This document shows, in pieces, positions 27,502 through 37,727 of a stretch of DNA of 64,000 bases. Where the stretch lies: the NCBI GenBank assembly GCA_965216325.1, contig OZ244160.1, positions 2,240,001-2,304,000 of the forward strand, written 5' to 3'. Source of the DNA: Coraliomargarita sp. (GTDB lineage Bacteria; Verrucomicrobiota; Verrucomicrobiia; Opitutales; Coraliomargaritaceae). Position 1 is the first letter of the stretch. The number at the start of each line of letters is the position of its first letter. Below the pieces are notes generated by a model, which searched no databases, was not told where the DNA came from, and was given only the letters and a program-made list of their open reading frames with translations. The position numbers and the translations under genes were made by a program.

Positions 27502-30054
27502 ATGTTGGATTCCCGTTTTCAGCTGCCGATTCACGCTGTTGCCGACCAGATCGTCAACGGTGTGCAGCAGCAGGGGCGCTTAGTGCTCAGTGCGCCGACA
27601 GGTTCGGGTAAGTCGACGCAGGTTCCGCAGATTCTGCTCGATCAGGCCGGTGTCGAGGGCGAGATCGTGGTGCTGCAGCCACGCCGTCTTGCGGCACGTT
27701 TGCTCGCTAAGCGCGTGGCGCACGAACGCGGTGTCCCACTGGGCGAGGAGGTCGGCTATCAAATCCGATTTGAGAATAAGGTTAGTTCCAAGACACGCAT
27801 CCGTTTTGTCACCGAAGCGATCCTGTTGCGACAGATCCTCAGTGATCCGCAGCTGAAAGGTGTCGGTGCAGTTGTCTTCGACGAATTTCACGAGCGCCAT
27901 CTGACCAGTGATCTGAGTCTCGCCTGCGCACTGCAATCGGTGCAGGGGGAGCGACCCGATCTCAAGTTGGTGATCATGTCCGCGACCCTCGATATCGAGA
28001 GTCTGGAAGCCTACGTCCAGCCCTGTGCACGGGTCGAAGCGTCTGGCCGGATGTATCCGGTGGATGTGACTTACGCAGGTGCGGCACTCGGCCGTGAGGC
28101 AGCTCCGGTCTGGGAGCGTGCAGCACAGGCTCTGCGTAAAGCGCTGCGTGATGGCAGCACGGGGGATGTGCTCGTCTTCATGCCGGGAGCCTTTGAGATT
28201 CGTAAGACGATCGAGGCGATTGAAGCGCTACCAGAAGCACGCGCTTATGATGTCTTGCCCTTGCATGGCGAGCTGCCGCCGGATGCACAAGACCGTGCGG
28301 TTGGGCGATGTGATGTGCCGAAGGTGATTGTTTCAACCAATGTGGCTGAAACCTCGATTACCATCGATGGGGTGCGCTTGGTGATCGATGGGGGGCTCGC
28401 GCGCAGTGCACGTTACGACGCCCGACGTGGGATTAATTCGATTTTGGTTGAGCCGATTAGCCGTGCCTCAGCGGAACAGCGCACGGGCCGTGCGGGACGC
28501 ACCGGACCTGGCATATGCGTGCGTTTGTGGAGTGAAGCCGAGCATGTGGCTCGTCCGGAGCGTGATGCGCCGGAAGTGAAGCGAGTGGATTTGTCCGAGA
28601 CGGTCTTACTGCTCGCTGCAGCTGGTATTGAAAATTTGGATACCTTCCCCTGGTTTGAAGTGCCGACGGCGGAAGCTTCGCAACGAGCATCGGTCCTGCT
28701 TCACGATTTGGGAGCCTTGAATCAAGACGGGGCAATTACCGAGCTGGGTGAGCGCATGGCGGCTTTCCCGCTACATCCACGCTTTGCGCGTATGTTGTTT
28801 GAGGGTGCTGAGCGTGGTGTTTTACAGGAAGTTGCGCTGATTGCGGCGATTAGCCAAGGGCGTCCGTTTTATCGTGAGAGCCGTGATAGCCGTGTGCGTA
28901 GAGAGCAGATCCGGCAGATTGAAGACCATGTCGATGAACGCTCGGATTTCTTTGCCAGCTTACGTGCTTGGTCGCTCGCGCAGGCTGCGCGTTTCAATGT
29001 GCCTGCTTGTGGTGATCTTGGCATTCATGCGGGCGCAGCACGTCAGGCAGGGCAGGGTGCACAGCAACTGCTGCAATTGGCCCAGCGGCATGGGTTAGAT
29101 GTGAGCAAGCAAGCGGACGATGTGGAGACTGCTGTGTGCAAGTGCCTGCTCGCGGCATTCTCAGATCATTTGTGCAAGCGCAACGATGCGGGCACGCGGC
29201 GTTGTAAGATGGTACATGGGCGCTCGGGCGAACTGCGCCGCGAGAGCCTGGTGGAGAGCGAATTTTTTGTGGCGGCCGAAATCGAAGAGCGTGAGGTGCG
29301 TCGCGAAGTCACCGTGCTGCTGGGCATGGCGACAGCGGTGGAATTTGCATGGTTGGAAGAGTTGTTTCCGGACGACTTTGAGTCGGGCACCTTCACGGCC
29401 TACGATATACAACTGCGACGTGTGCTTTGCCGCACGGAGCGTCGCTTCCGTGATTTGGTGCTGGAGTCTCGCGACCAGGGGGAGCCGGATTATGACAAAG
29501 CCGCTGAGCTGCTGGCTGCCGAGGTCGTTGCTGGGAATTTGAATTTGAAGCAGTGGGATGCCGGGGTGGAGACTTGGATCCAGCGGGTGAACTTTGTTGC
29601 GAAGCACTGTCCTGAGACAGAAATCGCGCCGATCGATGACGAGGCGCGTCAATTGCTCATCGAGCAGATTTGTCATGGTGCACTCAGTTACAAAGAGATC
29701 AAAGATCGCCCCGTTTTGACAGCAGTGAAGGAATGGATCAGCCCGGAACAGCACTACTATATCGATACCTATGCCCCGGCAGAAATGGACTTGCCGCGCC
29801 GTAAGCGACCAGTGCGCATTCGCTACGAGGCGGATGGTCGTGCCTTCATTGCATCCAAGTTGCAGGACTTTTACGACCTGCCGGGAGCCAGCCTCCGTAT
29901 TGCGAATGGGCAGGTGAGCCTGCTGGTCGAGTTGCTGGCACCCAATGGACGTCCCGCGCATTTAACCGACGATTTGGATGGCTTCTGGGATGGCGCCTAC
30001 GCGCATGTTCGCAAAGACTTGGCGGGCCGTTACCCCAAGCACGAATGGCGGTAG
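27502..30054 (+). CDS. hrpB: ATP-dependent helicase HrpB
   Basis: GSGKST, DEFHER, MSAT, QRTGRAGR, C-terminal GRYPKHEW. Confidence 0.93.
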   Translation: MLDSRFQLPIHAVADQIVNGVQQQGRLVLSAPTGSGKSTQVPQILLDQAGVEGEIVVLQPRRLAARLLAKRVAHERGVPLGEEVGYQIRFENKVSSKTRIRFVTEAILLRQILSDPQLKGVGAVVFDEFHERHLTSDLSLACALQSVQGERPDLKLVIMSATLDIESLEAYVQPCARVEASGRMYPVDVTYAGAALGREAAPVWERAAQALRKALRDGSTGDVLVFMPGAFEIRKTIEAIEALPEARAYDVLPLHGELPPDAQDRAVGRCDVPKVIVSTNVAETSITIDGVRLVIDGGLARSARYDARRGINSILVEPISRASAEQRTGRAGRTGPGICVRLWSEAEHVARPERDAPEVKRVDLSETVLLLAAAGIENLDTFPWFEVPTAEASQRASVLLHDLGALNQDGAITELGERMAAFPLHPRFARMLFEGAERGVLQEVALIAAISQGRPFYRESRDSRVRREQIRQIEDHVDERSDFFASLRAWSLAQAARFNVPACGDLGIHAGAARQAGQGAQQLLQLAQRHGLDVSKQADDVETAVCKCLLAAFSDHLCKRNDAGTRRCKMVHGRSGELRRESLVESEFFVAAEIEEREVRREVTVLLGMATAVEFAWLEELFPDDFESGTFTAYDIQLRRVLCRTERRFRDLVLESRDQGEPDYDKAAELLAAEVVAGNLNLKQWDAGVETWIQRVNFVAKHCPETEIAPIDDEARQLLIEQICHGALSYKEIKDRPVLTAVKEWISPEQHYYIDTYAPAEMDLPRRKRPVRIRYEADGRAFIASKLQDFYDLPGASLRIANGQVSLLVELLAPNGRPAHLTDDLDGFWDGAYAHVRKDLAGRYPKHEWR

Positions 30055-30059
30055 CTAAG

Positions 30060-30149
30060 TGGAGGGCAATGTTCCTTCATTGCCATGCTGCGATTTAGTT
30101 GCGGTGGGGCTGTCGCTTTGTAGTGGAAACGGCGGAGCGTTTCCCTCCA
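30060..30149. repeat. TGGAGGG-type palindromic doublet
   Basis: TGGAGGGCAAT...TTTCCCTCCA. Confidence 0.65.
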
Positions 30150-30201
30150 GTTCTCTGATGTCGGGTTTGACCTCGCTGCAAAAATAGTGCGCAGTGTCGG
30201 C

Positions 30202-31314
30202 ATGGAACCTAATTACACTAAGTTGGCGAAAGTTCTGACTGAGTTCTCTACCAATTTGAAGAAGGGCGAGCGCGTCCTGATCGATGTTTACGATATTCCG
30301 GAAGCGATGACGATCGCTTTGGTGCGTGCAGCACGTGCCTTGGGCGCGATCCCCTATGTCAACCTGAACGCGGGCCGCATTGCCCGTGAGTTGGTCAACG
30401 GTTTTGAAGTCGGCCAATACGAGAAACAGGCGGAGTGGGAGCTCAAGCGCATGGAGTCGATGGATGCCTACATCGCGGTGCGTGGCTCGGATAATATTTT
30501 CGAAATGTCGGATGTGGATCCGGAAAAAATGTCGCAGGTGATGCGCTCCATGAAGGTCGTGCTCGACCATCGTGTGAACAAGACCAAGTGGGTAATTCTA
30601 CGTTGGCCAACTCCGGCGATGGCGCAGCAAGCGATGATGAGCTCCGAGAGCTTTGAAGACTTCTTCTTCCGCGTCTGCACGCAGGACTACTCGCGCATGA
30701 TCGAGGGGATGTCCGCGCTCGAAGACCTGATGACGAAAACGGATCGCGTCGAGTTGAAGGGCCCTGGTTGCGACCTGCGCTTCTCGATCAAGGACATCAA
30801 GGCGATTGCCTGTGGTGGACGTCACAACATTCCCGATGGCGAAGTGTTCTCCTGCCCGGTGAAGGACTCTGTGGAAGGTGAGATCACTTACAACGCACCA
30901 ACAGTCTATCAGGGTGTGTCCTTCGATAACATCCACCTGAAGTTTGAGAAGGGGAAGATCGTGCACGCAGAGAGCTCGAATACGCAGCGCTTGAATGAGA
31001 TTCTGGATAGCGATGCGGGCGCACGTTACATCGGTGAATTTGCGATTGGCTTTAATCCGCACATTCTCGAGCCGATGCGCGACATCCTCTTTGATGAAAA
31101 GATCGCGGGTTCTTTCCACTTTACGCCGGGTCAAGCCTACGAGGAAGCGGACAACGGTAACCGCTCGCAAGTGCACTGGGATATGGTCCACATCCAGCGT
31201 CCGGAGTATGGTGGTGGTGAGATCTGGTTCGACGGCGAGCTGATCCGTAAGGACGGCTTGTTCGTGAAGGATGCGCTTAAGAAACTGAACCCCGATTATC
31301 TACTGGGCGCGTAG
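30202..31314 (+). CDS. M29 aminopeptidase (AmpS/PepS-like)
   Basis: [31 protein letters not shown]. Confidence 0.9.
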   Translation: MEPNYTKLAKVLTEFSTNLKKGERVLIDVYDIPEAMTIALVRAARALGAIPYVNLNAGRIARELVNGFEVGQYEKQAEWELKRMESMDAYIAVRGSDNIFEMSDVDPEKMSQVMRSMKVVLDHRVNKTKWVILRWPTPAMAQQAMMSSESFEDFFFRVCTQDYSRMIEGMSALEDLMTKTDRVELKGPGCDLRFSIKDIKAIACGGRHNIPDGEVFSCPVKDSVEGEITYNAPTVYQGVSFDNIHLKFEKGKIVHAESSNTQRLNEILDSDAGARYIGEFAIGFNPHILEPMRDILFDEKIAGSFHFTPGQAYEEADNGNRSQVHWDMVHIQRPEYGGGEIWFDGELIRKDGLFVKDALKKLNPDYLLGA

Positions 31315-31343
31315 CATGTTTTGGAACGAACCCCTTGTTTGCT

Positions 31344-31420
31344 GTAGGGCTCGTGCTTGCACGATGCCGTCATCGTGACTCGGTCATTCACTTGCGGCAT
31401 TCTGCAAGCAGAAGCCCTAC
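31344..31420. repeat. GTAG-type REP doublet
   Basis: GTAGGGCT...AGCCCTAC. Confidence 0.7.
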
Positions 31421-31451
31421 GTTAGTATATAATTTTCCAACTTCGTTCATC

Positions 31452-32447
31452 GTGCATCCAAAAGTCGCATCCGAAACCTCAGACTTCATTCGTCGTCTTC
31501 CGAAGACGGAGACGCACCTGCACATTGAGGGAGCCTTGCCGTATCCTTTGCTGCAGTCCTTGGATCCGGTCGCGTTTAAAGATCCGCAGCCTTGTTGGTC
31601 GCCCGATTTTAAGTGGAAGAACTTCGAAGAGTTTGAAGCGCATTTGATCGAGCACGCCATGAAGTGGTTCAACTCGCCCGAGCGTTATTACGAAGCGGCG
31701 AAGATGATCTTCGAAGGCTTGCGCCGTCAGAATGTTCGCTATGTGGAGACCTCCTTTCATGCGGGCATGATCGAGTTCTTAGGCATACCCGGTCCGGAAA
31801 TTCTTGCGGCGATTCGTAGTGCCGCGCCGATGGACATGGAAGTACGCGTGTTTATGGGCATGGCGCGTAACTGTTACAACGAGGTGCTCGCTCCAGTGCT
31901 CGAAAACGCGGTCGAGTGGGAAGGCCTATCCGGCTTTGACCTCCATGGTATCGAATATTTGCCGCTGGAGGAATGGACACCGAAGCTCTGGCAGAAGGCA
32001 CGCGACAATGGCTTGGTGACCAAGGCCCACGCGGGCGAATTTGGCCCGGCGGCGCATGTGCGCGAAGCGATCGAAGTGCTGGGCTCCACTCGGATTCAGC
32101 ATGGTGTGCGTGCCATCGAGGACGATGCGGTGCTACAGCTAGCGATCGATAAAGGTGTCACTTTTGACGTGTGTCCGATTAGCAATGTGAAGCTCAATGT
32201 GGTGCCCGACTTGGAGCATCACCCGATCCGCACTTTCTTCGATCGTGGACTACGTTGCACCGTGAGCACCGACGATCCGTTCTCGTTTGGGAATACGGTT
32301 GAAGATGAATATGCTGCCCTTAGTGCGGGCTGTATGTTCGATCATGCCGAACTTAAGCAGATCGCGTTGAACGGTTTTGAAGTCGCTCTGGTCGATGAAC
32401 GCACCAAGGCTGACTGGATCGCTGAAGTTGAGGCGGTGGAGTTGTAA
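31452..32447 (+). CDS. add: Adenosine/adenine deaminase
   Basis: [22 protein letters not shown]; probable GTG start 31452. Confidence 0.88.
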   Translation: MHPKVASETSDFIRRLPKTETHLHIEGALPYPLLQSLDPVAFKDPQPCWSPDFKWKNFEEFEAHLIEHAMKWFNSPERYYEAAKMIFEGLRRQNVRYVETSFHAGMIEFLGIPGPEILAAIRSAAPMDMEVRVFMGMARNCYNEVLAPVLENAVEWEGLSGFDLHGIEYLPLEEWTPKLWQKARDNGLVTKAHAGEFGPAAHVREAIEVLGSTRIQHGVRAIEDDAVLQLAIDKGVTFDVCPISNVKLNVVPDLEHHPIRTFFDRGLRCTVSTDDPFSFGNTVEDEYAALSAGCMFDHAELKQIALNGFEVALVDERTKADWIAEVEAVEL

Positions 32448-32492
32448 ATTGAATTGCTTAACCGTAGATGCACATGAATGCAAACAGATTTG

Positions 32493-32559
32493 GTAGGGCG
32501 CGATTTCCGTATCGCGTCGCGGTGCCTGTGAGCGGTTCGATAAGGATATCGAACCCTAC
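32493..32559. repeat. GTAG-type REP doublet (divergent)
   Basis: GTAGGG...CCCTAC with internal hairpins. Confidence 0.55.
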
Positions 32560-32577
32560 CTGCTAAAGCCCGAGCCT

Positions 32578-32790
32578 ATGTCCGACGAAGAACAGATCAT
32601 TGAATTGCAAACACAAGTCGTGCACTTGCAACGCCACGTCGAAGAGCAAGACGCCGAGATGTATAAACTCTCGATGCGCTTGGATCGCTTAATGAAAAAG
32701 CTCACCGAGCAAGAGGCGCAGATTCAAGCGCTGAACGAGCGCAGTGGCGGAGGTGATATGCCCGCGAACGAGAAGCCGCCACATTATTGA
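32578..32790 (+). CDS. slyX: SlyX family protein
   Basis: Coiled coil ending EKPPHY. Confidence 0.88.
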   Translation: MSDEEQIIELQTQVVHLQRHVEEQDAEMYKLSMRLDRLMKKLTEQEAQIQALNERSGGGDMPANEKPPHY

Positions 32791-32793
32791 TTG

Positions 32794-32851
32794 TATGATC
32801 GTAAAGAGGGGTGACGCAGGGCGCAGCCCTAGCGTTGCCCCTCTCGACTGG
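32794..32851 (-). other. attC of cassette 7 (remainder at 33511-33516, split by intron)
   Basis: Stem gaggggtgacgc-agggc/gccct-a-gcgttgcccctc; rejoined G|TTCTGC complements GCAGAAC at 33965-33971. Confidence 0.8.
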
Positions 32852-33510
32852 GTATGCCCGGCATGTTGTTAAAGTTATGGGGTGTAAGTCCCCTGTGAGT
32901 ATGTCCAACATAACAATCAAATCACTAGTGAAGCACAAGGGCGAAGTCGTGAGGCTTTCGTCCGGAAGCAGTGTGGATCAAAGACATGAGCCGATGAACA
33001 AAAACGTCATAGGAGGCATGTGCAATGGGATGAGCGGGCCCAGGATCGCAAAGTCCTTTGGACCGGTTGCATGTGTAAATGGCGCGGTTGTGTGTCGACG
33101 GTTTAACAGCTTATCCGGGGAGGCCTCGAACTGTGGCTTGAGAGGGCTTCAATGTGCCAATCATCTCTCTGGCACGCCTGATAGTAATGTCAGGCGTATC
33201 GCAGTTGGAGGAGTCAGCAGACGGCATAGTAGCCGCGGAGACGAGCTTGCCAGAGGCAGGACGGACTCACGAAGCGGTGAAGGCCTGAAGTCGATCATCA
33301 TCGGGACTCATTCAGTAGACACGTCCATAAACGCCGACCGTAGCGCGAGGACCTCTGATCTCTGTTTGATACAGCTCGAAGATACGTCTACTTTTGTAGG
33401 CGCGACAACCGCCTTAAAACAGACTGCGTAGCACTGCGATCAGTCTGGCTGCGGACCCGCATGGCAGGTGGTGTGGGAGGTGGCGTCGGTAACGGCGTCA
33501 CCTACTCGAT
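32852..33510 (+). mobile_element. ORF-less group IIC intron in an attC site
   Basis: 5' GTATGCCCGGCATG, ggggtgtaagtccc, DIII-like ggagtcagcagacggcatagtagc, DV-like 33440-33472, DVI ending CCTACTCGAT; no RT ORF. Confidence 0.82.
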
Positions 33511-33956
33511 TTCTGCTCCTTTAGTCCCATCATGTAGAGCTTTCCCTCGGATACTCCTAAGACGTAGCTCCAGCCGGTTTTAGAACCATTCCCTAAAGGA
33601 AGCTCCTTCGAATACTTAACTTCAACCATTTTATATGGTGTAGGATTCGAGATGAAGGTTTTCCCTTCTAATTCTATGGGTTTGCTCATCCCTTCCTTCA
33701 TCGTTGGGTAGATTTCATGGAATCTGGATTCTCCGATGCCCTGTTCTTTTAATTCTTTTAGCCCATCTAGCGTCTGCGAGAAGAGTTTCGGTGGTGTGTC
33801 TTGCACTAGCCAGATGCTATCCAGCTTCCCTTTTGAGAAGTCGCCTTGCTGTATGAACGCTTTAAATCGCTCAAGGAATTCTGTTTCCATTTTCTCTGAT
33901 GCGTAGCCGCTCAAAGAGATTAAGACTGCGGTGAGGGTGATTAGGATGTGTTTCAT
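33498..33956 (-). CDS. Cassette 7: secreted hypothetical protein
   Basis: Signal peptide MKHILITLTAVLISLSGYA; stop lies inside intron DVI (antisense). Confidence 0.75.
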   Translation of the reverse strand: MKHILITLTAVLISLSGYASEKMETEFLERFKAFIQQGDFSKGKLDSIWLVQDTPPKLFSQTLDGLKELKEQGIGESRFHEIYPTMKEGMSKPIELEGKTFISNPTPYKMVEVKYSKELPLGNGSKTGWSYVLGVSEGKLYMMGLKEQKSSR

Positions 33957-33964
33957 ATTCTTTC

Positions 33965-34015
<51 letters not shown>

Positions 34016-35921
34016 GTGTGCCGAGCATGCGCTCGATGTAAAAGTGGTTAAAGTCTGCTATAGTAAGAACCTAATCATAAAATGAAAGAACTATTACCAG
34101 ATGCCAAGGGCGTTGTCGTGAGGCAGGGTCTGAAGGAAGGCTATGGGAAAGCTGCGAGCTGATGAACAAAAACTGCATAGAAGGCCGACGTGGTCTGGTG
34201 AGCTGGCACCACACAGCGAAACCGCTAGGTTCAGCCACGCAGGTAAATGCAGCAGTTGTGCAGCGGAGCATCGAGTGCTTACCTCGGGAGGCCTCAGCGA
34301 GTGGCATGGGTTGGCTTAAAGGTGTCAGTCAAGCCCATGCACCTGAGTCAGTAATGACACAGGCGGCACTGGTTGAGGAGTCAGCAGCGAGCATAGTAGT
34401 CATGGAACCGCGAGCCATGAGTAGGTCGATAGGCCGAAGAGCATGGAGGTCTCGAACGTGATGAAGGCTCAAACCGTATATGGGCAGTCCGACCCGCAGG
34501 CAGGTTCACCTCTCACTGGCACAGACCCGTGTCGAGAGCTGGGCGATGTTTGTGCAGGGAAGCATGGGGCTGCCGAGCAAGAACTACTGGAGTTGATGCT
34601 GGACCGCGCTAATCTGAACGCAGCTTGGCGGCGTGTGCGCAGCAACGGTGGAGCTTCTGGCATCGACGGTATGTCGATCGAGGACTTTCTGCCGTTTGCG
34701 CGCGAGCACTGGTCACGGATCGAGACTCAACTGAAAGAGGGAACCTACCAGCCAGCCGCGGTGCGCCGCGTCTGGATACCGAAGGACAATGGGGAGAAGC
34801 GCCCACTGGGCATCCCCACGGTGTTGGATCGTGTGATCCAGCAAGCCATCGCTCAGGTAATTGCGCCGATCTTTGAGGCACAGTTCAGTGAGCACAGCTT
34901 CGGCTTTCGTCCAGAACGCCGAGCCCATGACGCAGTCAAGTCGATCCAAAGCGCAGCCGCCAAAGGTCACGTGTACGCGGTCGATTGTGACCTGAAGTCA
35001 TTCTTCGACACGGTCGATCATCGTGAATTGATGCAGCGTCTAGCGCGCCGGATCAAAGACGGGCGCGTGCTGCGCCTGATCCACCGCTACCTCAAGGCAG
35101 GCATCCGCTTGCCTGATGGCAACACCGAGGCAACCGCCGAGGGGGTGCCACAGGGGGGACCGCTCAGTCCGCTACTGGCCAATATCATGCTCGATGACCT
35201 CGACCATGAACTCGAACAACGCGGGCACCGTTTCGCACGCTACGCCGACGATTTTGTTATCGTCGTCCAAAGCAAGCGAGCGGCTGAGCGCGTGATGCAC
35301 AGCATCAGTGGCTTCATCGAAGCGAAGCTCAAACTGATCGTGAATCGCGAGAAAACGAAGGCGGGTCGGCTGACACAGTGCAGCTTCCTCGGATTCGTGA
35401 TCTCGCCCAAGCGTATCCGCTGCTTGGATACCAAACTGCACACGTTCAAGAAGACCATCCGTCAAATCACCTGTCGCAGTTGGGGCATCTCCATGGAGGA
35501 ACGCCTCGAACGTCTACGACTGTATGTGAATGGCTGGCTGGGTTACTTCGCTATCGGTGTGCCGTTCAAGGATATCCGCAGCATGGATCAATGGCTACGA
35601 AGGCGTGTGCGCTTGTGCTACTGGAAACAGTGGCGTTTACCGCGCACGCGCTACCGCAAGCTACGCGCGCTTGGGATCAACCCGAAGACGATTAAGCAGG
35701 CTAGTCGTTGTCGAAAAGGCTACTGGCGCTGCAGCAAACTGCGAGTGGTCAGTATCGCGATGAACAACCAATGGCTCGCCGAACAAGGCTGCCCCTCAAT
35801 CAAAGAACAGTGGCTCAAACTCTGCTATCCAAACGGATAGCTCTAACGGAACCGCCGTGCTACGGAGCCGTATGGCCGGTGGTGTGGGGGCGGGAGTCAG
35901 TGATGGCTCCCGCTACCCGAT
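34016..35921 (+). mobile_element. Group IIC(-attC) intron with RT/maturase
   Basis: 5' GTGTGCCGAGCATG; DV ACCGCCG...CGGTGGT (35851-35883) with CGC triad; DVI ending TACCCGAT; inserted antisense into attC R''. Confidence 0.92.
34443..35840 (+). CDS. ltrA: Group II intron reverse transcriptase/maturase, no endonuclease domain
   Basis: NLNAAWRRVRSNGGASGIDG, RPLGIPTVLDR, DLKSFFD, GVPQGGPLSPLL, YADD, GWLGYF; ends after domain X. Confidence 0.95.
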   Translation: MEVSNVMKAQTVYGQSDPQAGSPLTGTDPCRELGDVCAGKHGAAEQELLELMLDRANLNAAWRRVRSNGGASGIDGMSIEDFLPFAREHWSRIETQLKEGTYQPAAVRRVWIPKDNGEKRPLGIPTVLDRVIQQAIAQVIAPIFEAQFSEHSFGFRPERRAHDAVKSIQSAAAKGHVYAVDCDLKSFFDTVDHRELMQRLARRIKDGRVLRLIHRYLKAGIRLPDGNTEATAEGVPQGGPLSPLLANIMLDDLDHELEQRGHRFARYADDFVIVVQSKRAAERVMHSISGFIEAKLKLIVNREKTKAGRLTQCSFLGFVISPKRIRCLDTKLHTFKKTIRQITCRSWGISMEERLERLRLYVNGWLGYFAIGVPFKDIRSMDQWLRRRVRLCYWKQWRLPRTRYRKLRALGINPKTIKQASRCRKGYWRCSKLRVVSIAMNNQWLAEQGCPSIKEQWLKLCYPNG

Positions 35922-36217
35922 TCTATATTTTCATTTGAACCATCGGGTAAGATCTTAATTGCTCGAAAGCCACTCCAACAAAGGCTTATCACGATGGCCG
36001 AGGTGATCGCTGTGATCAATGCATTGGATATGGCTTTCCCAATGATGAGACCTTTCATTTCTTTCGTTAGATCAGGTTCAAACGAAGACAACTCAGCATA
36101 AGCTTGAAGTAACCCTCCAGTTATGAAGTAGCCGAAAACGAAAATCGCGAACAACAGAACCCCTTTAGCTAGAAGGCAGAAGGCGACTTTTATCGTTCTG
36201 TTAATTTCTTTTTTCAT
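35897..36217 (-). CDS. Cassette 6: two-TM membrane protein
   Basis: Start MKKEINRT 9 nt after the core G; two hydrophobic helices; stop lies inside intron DVI. Confidence 0.7.
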   Translation of the reverse strand: MKKEINRTIKVAFCLLAKGVLLFAIFVFGYFITGGLLQAYAELSSFEPDLTKEMKGLIIGKAISNALITAITSAIVISLCWSGFRAIKILPDGSNENIESGSGSHH

Positions 36218-36220
36218 TCT

Positions 36221-36277
36221 ATAGAACGTAGAAGACTGGCGCGCCGTTAGGCGTTGTCCAGCTCTGACTGGATGGCT
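36221..36277 (-). other. attC of cassette 5 (non-canonical ATC inverse core)
   Basis: ATAGAAC gtagaagactgg...ccagctctgactg GATGGCT; complements AGCCATC at 36787-36793. Confidence 0.78.
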
Positions 36278-36792
36278 CCCGATTCTGTCTGAATCCTGCC
36301 GTAGTTCCAACGCCATGCGAGCGTCACAAAAAGGTAGATTATCGCTGCTAGCATGAAGAAGCAGTAGATTCCCCAAATATCTAGGCGTGGCTGAGAATAT
36401 AAAAGACTTCCAGTGATCGCCAATGCTCCAATCATGACCAATAATGCTTTCATTCCTTTATTCAGTTTAAGCTTAGTATCGAGCTTCCACTTGATCAGGT
36501 CGATGATGCTTAACCCGAATTCGACAATATAGCTGACAATACACGGTGCGGCTATGATTCCGGCAATGCAGATATAAATGATAAGATGGTTCTTTTCTTT
36601 TGCCGTGTATCCTGCCTGCCAAGGTGACGCATAGCTAACTGCGACTCCGTAGGCGATGAGGCCTAAGATCACGCTGAGAATGATTCCCTTTTGTCCGTGG
36701 GCTTCTTTAAACACTGGGTTGAAAAGTGGGATGCGCTGCAGATGTGCTAGCTCTGCTTTGATCTGTCTTTTCAGTTTCATTCTTTCAGCCAT
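36247..36792 (-). CDS. Cassette 5: four-TM membrane protein
   Basis: 181 aa with four hydrophobic segments; stop inside the attC. Confidence 0.7.
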   Translation of the reverse strand: MAERMKLKRQIKAELAHLQRIPLFNPVFKEAHGQKGIILSVILGLIAYGVAVSYASPWQAGYTAKEKNHLIIYICIAGIIAAPCIVSYIVEFGLSIIDLIKWKLDTKLKLNKGMKALLVMIGALAITGSLLYSQPRLDIWGIYCFFMLAAIIYLFVTLAWRWNYGRIQTESGAIQSELDNA

Positions 36793-36842
36793 CGTGGAGG
36801 ATGAGCGACGGCGTAGCCGTTGCTCACTCCGCCTTGTTAGCA
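36787..36842 (-). other. attC of cassette 4
   Basis: AGCCATC gtggaggatgagcgacggcgtagccgttgctcactccgcctt GTTAGCA; complements TGCTAAC at 37336-37342. Confidence 0.85.
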
Positions 36843-37333
36843 GTGCTTTGTTTTGGAGTTCCTATAACGCTTAAAGACGTAGATGCCTCTTTGATGGGTG
36901 CATGCCAGAGTTCATACTTTTTCGTCAATGTCTCTCCAATCGAGTATTGAACGTGGACCGCCTCTCCATCTTCAACGTCAATGGTGCTTGGGGTGAGCTT
37001 CATATGAAACCCCGTGGCTTCACCAGGACTAAGTGTCACAGGATGATATGGTGACAATGATGGGACTAACTCATGCCCGAGCATTCTTTTCTTTCCCCCA
37101 AAGCCGGCCTGAACAATCAGAATGCCGTCTGCACCTCTGGCGATGGCTTTGGAGTCAGGCTCTGTCAGTAAGGTTATCTTCTCTTCTGTGGTGTTGATGA
37201 GAACGATGCCGACCATTAGATCATGATCGGAAGCTCGATACACTACTTTCGCCTTCATGTCGATTCCATCGGAGTGACAGATTGAAAGAGCAATCGAGAA
37301 TATGGCAATAAGTAGGAGTCTTCTTTTTTTCAT
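36824..37333 (-). CDS. Cassette 4: secreted hypothetical protein
   Basis: Signal peptide MKKRRLLLIAIFSIALS; stop inside the attC. Confidence 0.72.
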   Translation of the reverse strand: MKKRRLLLIAIFSIALSICHSDGIDMKAKVVYRASDHDLMVGIVLINTTEEKITLLTEPDSKAIARGADGILIVQAGFGGKKRMLGHELVPSLSPYHPVTLSPGEATGFHMKLTPSTIDVEDGEAVHVQYSIGETLTKKYELWHAPIKEASTSLSVIGTPKQSTANKAE

Positions 37334-37335
37334 TA

Positions 37336-37392
37336 TGCTAACGTGGAGATGTGGTGACGGCGTTAGCCGTTGCCACAATCGGCTGGTTCTCG
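37336..37392 (-). other. attC of cassette 3
   Basis: TGCTAAC gtggagatgtggtgacggc...gccgttgccacaatcggctg GTTCTCG; complements CGAGAAC at 37728-37734. Confidence 0.85.
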
Positions 37393-37725
37393 CTTTGGTT
37401 TGGTTGGAATTGTCAGTGCGACCACAAAAACAAAAATGCCGCTAAAGAACAGCGTATCCGCAGTTTTGCTTTTCGTTTCTCGGATGCTGTGCGCAGTGTA
37501 GATCAATGGTTCGAGTCTATGGTGAAACAGCTGCTTTCTAACTTCTTTTTCATCTGAAGAGGCGCTCGCAGCGTAGAGCTCAATGATCTCTTCATTTTCT
37601 CTTATTATTTCTTTCTCAAAAGTGTCGATGTTGGAAGTTGCTCGTGGATGTGAAATTGAGAAATTGAATCCCAAGATGATCTGAATCATCCCGATAAAAA
37701 GTAGAATCCGTTTCCTGATTTTCAT
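37363..37725 (-). CDS. Cassette 3: two-TM membrane protein
   Basis: 120 aa with N- and C-terminal hydrophobic segments. Confidence 0.7.
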   Translation of the reverse strand: MKIRKRILLFIGMIQIILGFNFSISHPRATSNIDTFEKEIIRENEEIIELYAASASSDEKEVRKQLFHHRLEPLIYTAHSIRETKSKTADTLFFSGIFVFVVALTIPTKPKREPADCGNG

Positions 37726-37727
37726 TC

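Noticed and set aside
32811..33431. 206-aa plus-strand ORF
   Set aside because: It overlies the attC and intron RNA domains and has no protein-like motifs
34443..35840. RT as a retron, DGR or defence RT
   Set aside because: It has RT0, domain X and flanking DV/DVI with intron termini; no TR/VR pair or msr-msd seen
36218..36376. Upstream extensions of cassette ORFs in the ORF track (also to 37378 and 38680)
   Set aside because: They cross attC or core boundaries; downstream ATGs give proper signal or TM starts
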